A DNA stretch of 63,990 nucleotides, filler included, from Octopus bimaculoides (taxonomy: Eukaryota), in NCBI RefSeq assembly GCF_001194135.2. It is 5 parts of 5 records of this genome, joined end to end, with 100 filler letters (N's around TTAATTAATTAA, not from the genome) between each part and the next. Parts side by side here need not be neighbours in the genome. Positions count along the whole stretch, not along the records: positions 19,012 to 35,704 come from NC_068990.1; positions 35,805 to 55,721 come from NC_068981.1; 3 more parts are not named here. One strand, 5' to 3'. Positions 25,520 to 36,569 of this stretch are shown piece by piece. Position 1 is the first letter of the stretch, and every line of letters starts with the position of its first letter. The notes below the pieces were generated by a model. It worked only from the letters and a program-made list of their open reading frames with translations. It searched no databases and was not told the origin of the DNA. The position numbers and the translations under genes were made by a program.

Positions 25520-27088
25520 GATATTACGCGAAATATTTCATTAGTTATAATATACGTAATTGCATTCCACATTCATTAATTTCATGTTTCATTAACAATG
25601 TCATTATGTATGAAACTTAAAACTACTGATTCAGGTAACTAAAGAGTTAAAAAAATTGTTGAAAAGGCGCCAAGTTAAAAAAATGTTCGCGGGGAGAGCG
25701 GTCCCCCCCCCCCACACTTGCTCCCTTATTCGCAGCATCACTGCTTAGAACATATGTTCCTGAAGTACAGCTTTCCCTCCTCTCAGCTTCCCAACTGTGT
25801 TACACTCATAAAAATTTACTCTAAACAATTTGTCCTAATTTTCATCTCCAGTACTGTTATAATGTCGTTGATTAGTCTGATGTCGGTCTCGACTGAATAG
25901 ACTCGTGATCAAAAGACTTGCAGCCTTTATCGACCTGTTATTATCATTATTATTGCAAATATTATGAATCTAGGACTATATCATACGATACATCCTTTTC
26001 TTTTAAAGGCTTTATTTGAGATATATTTGACTGTTACTCCTAGCAGTCCAATCGACCACAAGTCCTTTCTCCACTCCCGCCACATACTCATTTCATTTGT
26101 TTGTGTCTCCCTTGTTAATTTGTTTCCCTGTCTTTAATTTCCATGTCGACATCAACATGTAGAAGTTTAAGATGAACATCAACTGTAATGACGTAGCTAG
26201 GCTTTGTACTTTACAGGAAGCTCCTTCAAGTCACCCCTTCCTGTCACAGAAAATACAATATAATATGCATCAAAAATGCCTCTCCCCAAAGACTATCTCC
26301 CGTGGCTGACTGCTTCATTGTCCTCTTTCAGCTACGTTAGTGCTCGCACCCCTCATAAATGCTTTCTATTGTAGTAACGTTAAGAAACTCATTCTGCAAC
26401 CATGTGGTTCTAGGTTCAGTCCCATTGCGCGGCACCTTAGGTAAATGTCTTCTATAACTCCAGACAAACCAATGCCTTATGAGTAAATTTGGTTGACGGG
26501 AACTGTGTGGAAGCTCGTTGAATATGTGCAACCGTTAATCCAGGGACGTTTTCCTTTTCCTCCACTTTTTCTCTCTCTCTCCATCTGTTTTCTCTCATCA
26601 TACCTTTCTGTAAGAAGAACGTGGGTTCGAAACGTCAAAGACTCTTTCATTTTTTCAGAGCGTCAAACTAATATACCTTGTTCGTTGTTTCCTCACCTGT
26701 CTCTGATATTTGTTTCTTGCATTATTTTGAACTACACACACACACACATGTATATATATATATATGNNNNNNNNNNNNNNNNNNNNNNNNNNNNNNNNNN
26801 NNNNNNNNNNNNNNNNNNNNNNNNNNNNNNNNNNNNNNNNNNNNNNNNNATATATATGTATGTATATATAGATATGTATATATATATATATGTATATATA
26901 TACATGTATGTATATAAAACAAATAATAAATGAGTATATGCATATATACGTACAGGTATGTGCATACCTACGTCTACCTGTATATATAGGTGCATATCTG
27001 GATACAGGACATTGCAAACAAAACGTAGACAAAAAAATAATAATAACCAGAGTACAGAACACACACAGGCCACATAGATATATGTATG

Positions 27089-27123
<35 letters not shown>

Positions 27124-27538
27124 ATACATATATATGTATATATATATATATGCATATTTATTTATATTTATATGTATGTATGCATGTATGTATTATATGT
27201 GTGCGCGTGCGCGGCGTGTGTGTATCTGTGTATGTGTGTGTGTGTGTGTGTATGAATACATATGTGTCTGTGTGTCTTTGTATTTATGTTTGTCTTCCAC
27301 CGCTTGACAACCAGTGCTGGTTTGTTTAAGTCTTCCTTAACTTAACGGTTCGGCAAAGAGGTCGATAAAATAAGTACCGGACTAAAAGACAAGAACCGGG
27401 GACGATTTGTTCGACTAATTCCTTCAAGGCGGTGCTCAAACATGACTCCAGTCCAATGAAACAAGTAAATGTAAAAGATACATAAATAATAAAAAAAAAG
27501 CTAAAAGTTCCATTTTTGGGGGGTGCGAAATCACTCAC

Positions 27539-27589
27539 CTGGTAAGCATTTAACTGTTCTTCAGAAAATGTCACGATTTGGTTCCCCAT
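27539..27589 (-). CDS. CIB2: First coding exon (51 nt, MGNQIVTFSEEQLNAYQ) of a calcium- and integrin-binding protein, CIB2/CIB3-like
   Basis: Minus strand ATG GGG AAC CAA ... TAC CAG followed by a consensus donor GTGAGT. Peptide matches the CIB2/3 N-terminus as I recall it (human MGNKQTIFTEEQLDNYQ; fly MGNKVVTFTEQELDDYQ), with the same 17-codon phase-0 first exon and Gly2 myristoylation motif. Downstream exons not found in the window; CIB2 vs CIB3 cannot be distinguished. Confidence 0.85.
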
Positions 27590-28888
27590 TGTTCTCACCA
27601 AACGTCTATTTCCGGATGAATAATTATTCCATTAATGATGCACATTTAAGGCTCAAATTGATGAAAACGAATCCCATATCACTTGTGACCTTACAGTTTA
27701 TTTCTCCGAGGAAGACCTTAACATTCACTTTATTTTCAGTTGAGTTTGAATATACATGTATATTTATATAAATACATATATGTATATACGTATACATGGA
27801 CATAGGCATCACTGCGCAATTAATCCGTGTCCCAATTACATTTCGTAAAATTAGGACTCCATTTAGAAAGCTAAGTAGGACTCCATTTAAAACGTTAAGT
27901 AGGACTCCGTGGTTTACATCAATAACAACATTATCGTCAGCATTATTATTAGTGTAGTTGTCATCGTTGTCACTTACTAAGTTATGGATATCTTTCCCCT
28001 GGACTCAGAGCAAGCTCCACTCTCTTGACTACTCCTGTAAAAAGAACGTTTTTAAACCAAGCAGTAACCTCCATGTGTTGTATTTAGCCACATCAATAAA
28101 TCGTAATGTTTGCTGCTGTAGTTGTTTGGCCCCAGGTCAGCCCTGAGTGAGTATATAAAACTGTGTTATCCAATGTGTCCGTCCCTTGTATTTTCAAAGA
28201 CTGTAGAACGTAATTCGCAAGAGATCTGGCTGTTATTTCTAACAGACAGATTGACCACATAAAAACCCTCTACTGTCTGTTGTTGTTGCTGTTGATAGTA
28301 TTACATTAACGATGTAGGGAATACGTTGCTTTAATATGATTAGATTCTAGAAAACTATAAGATAGATATGAAACCCTGTCACAGGAATACAATCAATCGC
28401 TGTTTGGTGGAGAAAGTCAACACAGATGGTAACACTCTCACAATAAATGAACGAATAAATAAATCCTTGAAGATGTCTGTCGTTTCTTTTATGTTTTGTC
28501 ACTTGACCACTTCAGACGGATTAGCACGTAGTGTTATAATCGATTCACCTAGTTCGAGTAGTTGATGCAGTTAATAGTGGTCACTTGTTGTTAAGACAAC
28601 AGCCAGCATATACTAAGATGTCCATTTTGTTTTTCTGACTTAATCAATCGATGACCAACTTATTGATAGCTAATAAGTTTCCTCGACCAAATGCCAGGAT
28701 TTTGCTAAATTTCTTCCAACCACTTTAAGTATTTCAAATTTTCACCAGATTTTTTAAAAAATTTTCTACATAGATGTAATTTCACAAAACAAAAATCATA
28801 TTAACTTTTTTTTTCTAGAAATTAATAATTATTAGAAATAATACATTTTTACATCTCCCAGAGAGATTTATGCAGCAGTGATACGATG

Positions 28889-28934
28889 AAGTAGTTGTAT
28901 ACTGTCAACTTAATGTGACAGTATACAACTACTT
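28889..28934. mobile_element. Internally deleted copy of the 20523-20775 fold-back element
   Basis: AAGTAGTTGTATACTGTCA acttaatg TGACAGTATACAACTACTT; about 60 bp of one flank also shared in inverted orientation. Confidence 0.8.
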
Positions 28935-29690
28935 AATAATTATTTCCACTATAGGCATAAGGCCCGAAGGTTTGGGTAAAGGAGTTTGTTGATAATATCG
29001 ACCTCAGTATTCAAATGGTATTATTTTATCGACCGCGAAAGGATGAAACGCAAAGTCAGTTTCGGCGGAATATGAAGCCAGAACTTAAGCCGGAAGAAAT
29101 GCTGCTAAGCATTTTGTCCGGTATGCTAACGATTCTGCCAGCTTGCTGTATTAATAATCCTTTCTACTATTGGTACAAGGCCTGGAATTTTGGAGGAATG
29201 GGATTAGTCGATTATTCACGTTCAGAAGTAAAACACGCCCTACTAACATATTGCTCTGCCCCACCGGTGGTGCGTGTATTGAAAAGTATTGATTTACGTA
29301 GTCACTCGACCGGCTAGAAATAACAGCTAAATCTCTTCTCAAATCGCAACATGCAGTCTTAAAAACAGAAAGAACACACGAGATATTATAGTCGTAGAAT
29401 CTCCTAAAATAATGGGATGGTCACGACTGGAATATTTATGATCATAGATCTCTGATTGGGGTTGACTCATGGTTAAACAACAGTAACAGTTTATTCATTT
29501 CCATGTCTATGCACTAATGTGCCATTTAAGAATTCTTGGATACAATCGGTCTTTGGATATTTGACATACTTCAAAGTAGTATAGGAAAGTAGTTATACAC
29601 CATTCGGTGTACACCCGCTTTCCTATATTAAATTCTGAAGAAACAACGTAACGCTGACTCTGAACCATCAACACAACAACATTTATTTAC

Positions 29691-29830
29691 CGAGGAAATA
29701 GGCATGGTTGCTGAGACGTTGGAATGTTGGAGAGACAGTTTGACATGACCATGCTCATGGCCGGCCGGCCGAGAAAGAGAATGAATAAGGGCGCCAAACT
29801 TGGATGTCCAATCACCACGCATGCGCACGA
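29691..29830 (-). promoter_or_regulatory. Candidate promoter and non-coding first exon of the CIB gene
   Basis: Locally CpG-rich; CCAAT box at 29808-29812 and NRF1-like CGCATGCGCA at 29818-29827; minus-strand donor CTCG|GTAAAT ending at 29691, about 2.1 kb upstream of the CIB ATG. Assignment to CIB is inference. Confidence 0.4.
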
Positions 29831-30399
29831 GACAAGGCGTTACTACAGTAGCATTGAAGTTCATTTTGAACAAGCTAGTTACTTCCCTTGCACAGTCGAC
29901 TTTATCTCGGCACCAGTCAACGAGAATTTTGTACACAGTCTAGTTAACTGCTAGACATAGCAGCAAAATTTCCCTCAAGTTACACCAGACTATCTAAATA
30001 AAAAAAAAAGATTTTGCATGATTTTGCCCTAAATGTATTATATCGGAATAAATATTGCTTTCGAATTTTGGCACAAGGCCAGTAACTTTGGAGCAGGGGT
30101 AGGTCGATAACATCAATCTCAGTACACAACTGGTACTTATTTCTTCGCCTCACGAAAGGATGAAAGGCAAAATCGATCTTGCCGGAGTTTAAACTCAGAA
30201 TTCGGAGTTTAAACTCAGAATTCGGAGTTTAAACTCAGAATGTATGGTTTCGTTTCGAAGAACTTACGTTTGTTTAAGCAAAGACATACGATTTTGAAGA
30301 AGTATTCTCCCCTCGTTAGAGATAAAGAAAAGCACATCGTTGATGAAGAGTCACCCTTTTTTTAAAGACTCATTCGAGTTCTTCCATCTTCTTTTCATT

Positions 30400-30600
30400 C
30401 TTACTCTTTTACTTGTTTCAGTTATTTGACTGTGGCCATGCTGGAGCACCGCCTTTAGTCGAGCAAATCGACCCCAGGACTTATTCTTTCTAAGCCTAGT
30501 ACTTATTCTATCGGTCTCTTTTGCCAAACCGCTAGGTTACGGGAACGTAAACACAACAGCATCGGTTGTCAAGCGATGCTGGGGTGACAAACAGACACAC
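30400..30600 (+). mobile_element. Interspersed SINE-like repeat, family C (representative copy)
   Basis: TGACTGCGGCCATGCTGGAGCACCGCC...AGTACTTATTCTATCGG...GTTGTCAAGCGATG then microsatellite. Other copies at about 12440-12590, 25020-25120, 27290-27480, 49160-49390, 58640-58860, 61925-62135. Confidence 0.85.
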
Positions 30601-31225
30601 AAACATATACATATATATACATACATACATACATACATACATACATACATACATACATACATACATACATAGATACATACATAGATACATACATACATAT
30701 ATAGACGGAAACTGGNNNNNNNNNNNNNNNNNNNNNNNNNNNNNNNNNNNNNNNNNNNNNNNNNNNNNNNNNNNNNNNNNATATATATATATATATATAT
30801 ATATACGATGGGTTTCTTCCAGTTTCCGTTTACCAAATCCACTCACAAACCTTTGGTCGGCCCGAGGCTAAGTAAACAATAAAATGTTTTTGAGGATGAA
30901 GTCTTGCCAGATTAAATATTTTTTCAGTACTAGAGCCCGTACGATTTTTTTTTCTACCCTAGGTACAAGGCCCTAAATTTTGGGGGAGGGAGCCAGTCGA
31001 TTAGATCGACCTCAGCATGCAACTGGTACTTAATCTATCGACCTTCAAAAGGATGAAAGGCAAAGTCGACCTCAGCGGAATTTGAGCTCAGAACACAAAG
31101 ACAGGCGAAATACCTGCTAAATATTAATAAAAAATATGCCTATAATCATATTTTAAGATCTATTTTTCCAGTTTACATTACCATACCTGTATGTGTGCGT
31201 CTTTGTGTGCGTGTATACTATTAAT

Positions 31226-31615
31226 TGTGGAGGCGCAATGGCCCAGTGGTTAGGGCAGCGGACTCGCGGTCATAGGATCGCGGTTTCGATTCCCAGACCG
31301 GGCGTTGTAAGTGTTTATTGAGCGAAAACACCTAAAGCTCCACGAGGCTCCAACAGGGGATGGTGGCGAACCCTGCTGTACTCTTTCACCACAACTTTCT
31401 CTCACTCTTACTTCCTGTTTCTGTTGTGCCTGTAATTGAAAGGGCCAGCCTTGTCACACTGTGTCACGCTGAATATCCCCGAGAACTACGTTAAGGGTAC
31501 ACGTGTCTGTAGAGTGCTCAGTCACTTGCACGTTAATTTCATGAGCAGGCTGTTCCGTTGATCGGATCAACTGGAACCCTCGACGTCGTAAGCGACGGAG
31601 TGTCAACAACAACAT
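31226..31615 (+). mobile_element. Full-length tRNA-Arg-like-headed SINE
   Basis: GGAGGCGCAATGGCCCAGTGGTTAGGG...GGTTTCGATTCCC head (TCG at the anticodon position), about 300 bp body, (AAC)n tail; lacks a paired acceptor stem so not a tRNA gene. Confidence 0.75.
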
Positions 31616-32776
31616 ACTATTGATTATATTATTGAACAAGAAACTTATGACAAAAATTTTGTTTCTTTACACATAAACCGATTTTATGTGCATTGGGTTC
31701 AATGAAGACAAATTTCTATAGCTATTATCTGGTTTAGTTAAACCATAATTACCTCCCTCTGATTGTTCTTGGGACCTTTAAAGTAAATGAGTACCAAATG
31801 TTAGCGACACGACCAGTTTCCTTTTATCTTTTACTTGTTTCAGGTATTAGATTGCGGCCATGCTGGGGCATCGCCTTGATTAATTTTTAGCCGAATGAAT
31901 AGACCCCGGCACTTACATTTTTTTCAGCCTGGAGCAGAATGCTGGTTTACGCACCCCATGTAATCCTTCATAACCTTTTTTATTCTTTGGAATCTTCAGA
32001 AAATTCTTGCGAATTTGTGTTCTACACTCGGGAATTCATATGATTGTATTAAAAAAAAAAGTTTTTAAAAAAATTCTTAAGCCCTTTTCCTCTATAAATC
32101 CTAAAAATTCCACTCTTTTTCGATTAAGAAAAAAAAATCAGAGTTTAAAATACGGACAGTCAGAATGTTTTACTTAAATCCCAGCAGTGGACCACACTTG
32201 CGTGCATCATCATTCTATTTAATGTATGTATGGGGAAAAAAATATTGAAGAACATAAATACATGTCAGAGTGGCAAAGAAACGAGGACTGCATCAGGTGG
32301 TCGTGGGATTTGCAAAATGAAACCAAAATGACTCCAACTAAATCGCCCTTAAATCACTTTTGTAAATACTAATAAGGCTCAGATAGTGTGTCAATATCCA
32401 GGTGGAGGAGATGTCTTCCTGGGGCTACAAGCTACAGTAGCATCAACCCTTAAGGGTTAGCCACATTTAGGTGACAAATATACTTCGCGATGTCGTGCGG
32501 CTACTGTTTATATCTTGCTCAGAGATTTATTATTACAAAAAGAAATGTTTTTGGCATAATCGTATGAATTTTGTTATGTCATTCTATTTTAATGCCCTGT
32601 TAACTAACACACGCACCAGTTCAATTTCCACTCATTTATTTATTTATTTATTTATTAATCTAAAATGTTCGTTGCTTCTTGCAACCTCTTCAATAATGGT
32701 TGACTCTGTTCGTTATCGGAGCTGCGTTCTTTTCGTTTGTGTGCATGTGAGCGCGTCAGTGTGCATGTGTATACAC

Positions 32777-32807
<31 letters not shown>

Positions 32808-33070
32808 TGTATGTATGTATGTGTGTGTATATATACGTATGCGTGTGTGTACGTTTGTATGTATTATGCATATTCAGGTGTTTGTGTGTACATGTTTGTA
32901 TGTATGTGTGTGCGTGTGTGTTTGTATGCGTGCGTGTGTGTTTGTGTGTGTACCGCCGTCTCCTTGTGTATGTGTGTTTGAGTGTGCCTATGTGTATGGC
33001 TTTATGTGACTGTACGTGCGTCGTCTGTTACGTATGGATGTGTCTCCATGTGTCCTTGTGTGTGAGTGTG

Positions 33071-33113
<43 letters not shown>

Positions 33114-34201
33114 GTCATGTGTTCCCGTCTCCTTTTTTGTATGTATGTGTGTGTGCGCGTGCTTGTCTGTCCGTATTATCTATGTCCCTATCTCTCTACT
33201 CATCTATCTATTTACCTATCTGTTTATCTACGTAAGAATCTTCTTGTGTAAAACACAAATTCGCAAAAAATTTCAAAGAAATAAGTAAGTTATGAAGTGT
33301 TATACGGAGTACTTAAACCAGAATTCCGCCAAGCCAAGTACTTATTCCATCGGACTATTTTACCGAAGCGCTAGATCCGTTTTTGGTTTCTTAAATAGTA
33401 ATTCATATACATTTATTGTTGCAACATAACTACATAACTATTCCACATTAAAATACAAATTCAAAACAGAAGAGAATATAATCATGATCGAAGAAAGAAA
33501 AAAAACGGAAAAAGAAGGACATTGCATCAATCTGTTGCACACGATAACGGTCACGGAACNNNNNNNNNNNNNNNNNNNNNNNNNNNNNNNNNNNNNNNNN
33601 NNNNNNNNNNNNNNNNNNNNNNNNNNNNNNNNNNNNNNNNNNNNNNNNNNNNNNNNNNNNNNNNNNNNNNNNNNNNNNNNNNNNNNNNNNNNNNNNNNNN
33701 NNNNNNNNNNNNNNNNNNNNNNNNNNNNNNNNNNNNNNNNNNNNNNNNNNNNNNNNNNNNNNNNNNNNNNNNNNNNNNNNNNNNNNNNNNNNNNNNNNNN
33801 NNNNNNNNNNNNNNNNNNNNNNNNNNNNNNNNNNNNNNNNNNNNNNNNNNNNNNNNNNNNNNNNNNNNNNNNNNNNNNNNNNNNNNNNNNNNNNNNNNNN
33901 NNNNNNNNNNNNNNNNNNNNNNNNNNNNNNNNNNNNNNNNNNNNNNNNNNNNNNNNNNNNNNNNNNNNNNNNNNNNNNNNNNNNNNNNNNNNNNNNNNNN
34001 NNNNNNNNNNNNNNNNNNNNNNNNNNNNNNNNNNNNNNNNNNNNNNNNNNNNNNNNNNNNNNNNNNNNNNNNNNNNNNNNNNNNNNNNNNNNNNNNNNNN
34101 NNNNNNNNNNNNNNNNNNNNNNNNNNNNNNNNNNNNNNNNNNNNNNNNNNNNNNNNNNNNNNNNNNNNNNNNNNNNNNNNNNNNNNNNNNNNNNNNNNNN
34201 N

Positions 34202-34239
<38 letters not shown>

Positions 34240-34833
34240 TGATTGTAGTGTTTCTTTAGGAATTTTAATGGAGGTGTAGGTTCGATTCTCATAAACATTC
34301 CTATGTGTTAATTACCTTCGTATATGTTTGCTGTTTGCATTTTCCGAGTGTAATACAAAAAGATTAGCAATGATATTCGAATTAAAATAACATAGTTTAC
34401 CGAATGAAGTAACTAATATTAATTTATTATATCTGTGTATTAGATTACACTCAGTAAACTTTGTTTATTCGACCGGTATTTAAATATATTTTTACTTAAG
34501 TCAAATCAGCCGAAAACAATAACTAAAAATAGAAAAACAAAACAAGAAATTCAATGCAATATCGGGGTATCGCATTGTCGTGTAAACTATTATAATGTAT
34601 GGGAGGATTGTTGATCTAGACAACATAGTACCGAACGGGGGGAGGGACGTTGTGTCACTATATTATTACAATAGCTACAACAGAATAAGCTACAACAGGG
34701 GGTGTAATCAGTATCATGTAACAGCAATATAACCGCAGTAGTCAGTGAACATCATGTCATAGAAAGAGCATGGTAGCAGAAAGAGAGCAACATTTTTAAT
34801 AAAACTTTATGTACTATTCCTAATCAGCAGCTC

Positions 34834-34905
34834 TCCCATGTGGTCTAGTGGTTAGGATTCCTGGCTTTCACCCAGGCGGCCCGGGTTCGATTCCCGGCAT
34901 GGGAA
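34834..34905 (+). tRNA. tRNA-Glu-TTC: tRNA-Glu (anticodon TTC)
   Basis: 72 nt, acceptor stem TCCCATG/CATGGGA, anticodon stem CCTGG/CCAGG with loop CT-TTC-AC, A box TGGTCTAGTGG, T arm CCGGG-TTCGATT-CCCGG; closely resembles metazoan tRNA-Glu-TTC. Confidence 0.97.
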
Positions 34906-34911
34906 CGCTTA

Positions 34912-34918
34912 TTTTTTT
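34912..34918 (+). terminator. Pol III oligo-T terminator of tRNA-Glu
   Basis: T7 run 6 nt downstream of the tRNA 3' end, followed by further T runs. Confidence 0.8.
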
Positions 34919-35305
34919 ATTATTTTTTTTTTTTTTACTTAGCCTAAGGTAGTATATTAAAGTTTCTAAGTTTAGATTTAATTTCACCCATTTCCTATAT
35001 AGTTGTTATATTCGCTTCCGTTCTTGGGAATCGGGTGGTCGCATGATAATCTAACTTCCCAACCACGTGGTTCTGGTTTCAGTCCCACTGCGTGGCACCT
35101 TGTGCACATATGTCTTCCACTATAGCCTCGGGACAACCGAAGCATTGTGAGTGGATTTGATAGATGGAAACTGGAAGAAGCCCCTCGTATATACATACCT
35201 ATATANNNNNNNNNNNNNNNNNNNNNNNNNNNNNNNNNNNNNNNNNNNNNNNNNNNNNNNNNNNNNNNNNNNNNNNNNNNNNNNNNNNNNNNNNNNNNNN
35301 NNNNN

Positions 35306-35704
35306 AGAAATCGATCGTACGTACGTTGAGCCAAATGCTACGGACGCACGTGCCTGGCTCTCAATAATCGAACGAACGTACGTTGAGCCAAAAGCTACGC
35401 ACGCACATCCCTAGCTCTCAAAAATCGAACGAACGTACGTTGAGCCAAAGGCTACGGAAACACGTCCCTAGCTCTCAAAAATCGAACGAAACTACTTTGA
35501 GCCAAAAGCTACGGACGTACGTCCCTAGCTCTCAGTAATCGAACGAACGTACGTTGAGACAAAAGCTACGGAAGAACGTGCCTAGCTCTCAGAAATCGAA
35601 CGAACGTACGTTGGGCCAAAAGCTACGGACGCACGTGCCTAGCTCTCAGAAATCGAACAAACGTACGTTGAGCCAAAAGCTACGGACGCACGTGCCTAGC
35701 TCTC
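35306..35704. repeat. 57-bp CpG-rich tandem repeat, 7 copies visible, flanked by gaps
   Basis: Period exactly 57 (TCG of AATCG at 35311, 35368, 35425, 35482, 35539, 35596, 35653); consensus AAATCGAACGAACGTACGTTGAGCCAAAAGCTACGGACGCACGTGCCTAGCTCTCAG. Confidence 0.95.
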
Positions 35705-36281
35705 NNNNNNNNNNNNNNNNNNNNNNNNNNNNNNNNNNNNNNNNNNNNTTAATTAATTAANNNNNNNNNNNNNNNNNNNNNNNNNNNNNNNNNNNNNNNN
35801 NNNNATATATATATATATATATACATACGACGGGCTTCTTTCAGTTTCCGTCTACCAAATCCATGTACAAGGCTTTGGTTAGCCTGAGGCTATAGTAGAA
35901 GACACTTGACCAAGGTGCCACGCAGTGGGACTGAACCCGGAACCATGTGGTTCGTAAGCAAGCTACTTACCACACAAGTCCCAAAATTTAAACAGTAACA
36001 TAAATGAATAAATGAAAAATTCACACATAAGACAGGATGTTGCTAATTCCTCATCAGTTATTGACCAAAATATCTTTACAATTTCACACCTGTAACAATA
36101 ATATTGTTCATTTTTGGTGGCATCAGCTGCTGGAAATAGTAAACAAATGCTGGGGATAGTGACAAAAAGAAATACGATACAAATGTGAATAGTCAAACAA
36201 AATAAAATATATATATATATCATCATCATCATCATCGTTTAACATCTGTGTTCCATACTGGCATGAGTTGGTATGTATTTA

Positions 36282-36569
36282 TGTTGTGTCTAGGGAGAGT
36301 CATTATGCCAATATAATTAACACACATTCTGGTTCAATTCTACTTATTTATTATTAGTCAATTAGTTAAATATCCAGTTGTTTAGTTTTTGTTTGTCAAA
36401 GTTCTTTCATTGCTACTTTCAACCTTTTTAATGAGTCATTGAAAAGGTTGCAAATAATAATGAAAAGGCTTTGATAAACAAATACAAAACAATCAGATAT
36501 CTAATGAGTGGAATTGAACCAGTGTGTGTGTTAATTATATTGGCATAATGACTCTCCCTAGACACAACA
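36282..36569. mobile_element. About 290 bp fold-back element
   Basis: TGTTGTGTCTAGGGAGAGTCATTATGCCAATATAATTAACACAC matches the reverse complement of the right end for over 40 bp; inner arms pair loosely. Confidence 0.85.

Noticed and set aside
29628-29954. Overlapping 102-aa and 76-aa ORFs
   Set aside because: No homology recognised; better explained by GC-rich promoter-like composition.
30180-30240. Three tandem 20-bp copies GGAGTTTAAACTCAGAATTC
   Set aside because: Local slippage within a SINE B-box region.
25202-31300. tRNA-like sequences at 25202 and 31226 as tRNA genes
   Set aside because: A and B boxes present but no paired acceptor stem; they continue into multi-copy SINE bodies.
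35306-35704. 57-bp array as a CRISPR
   Set aside because: Whole unit repeats with no unique spacers, no cas genes, eukaryotic context.
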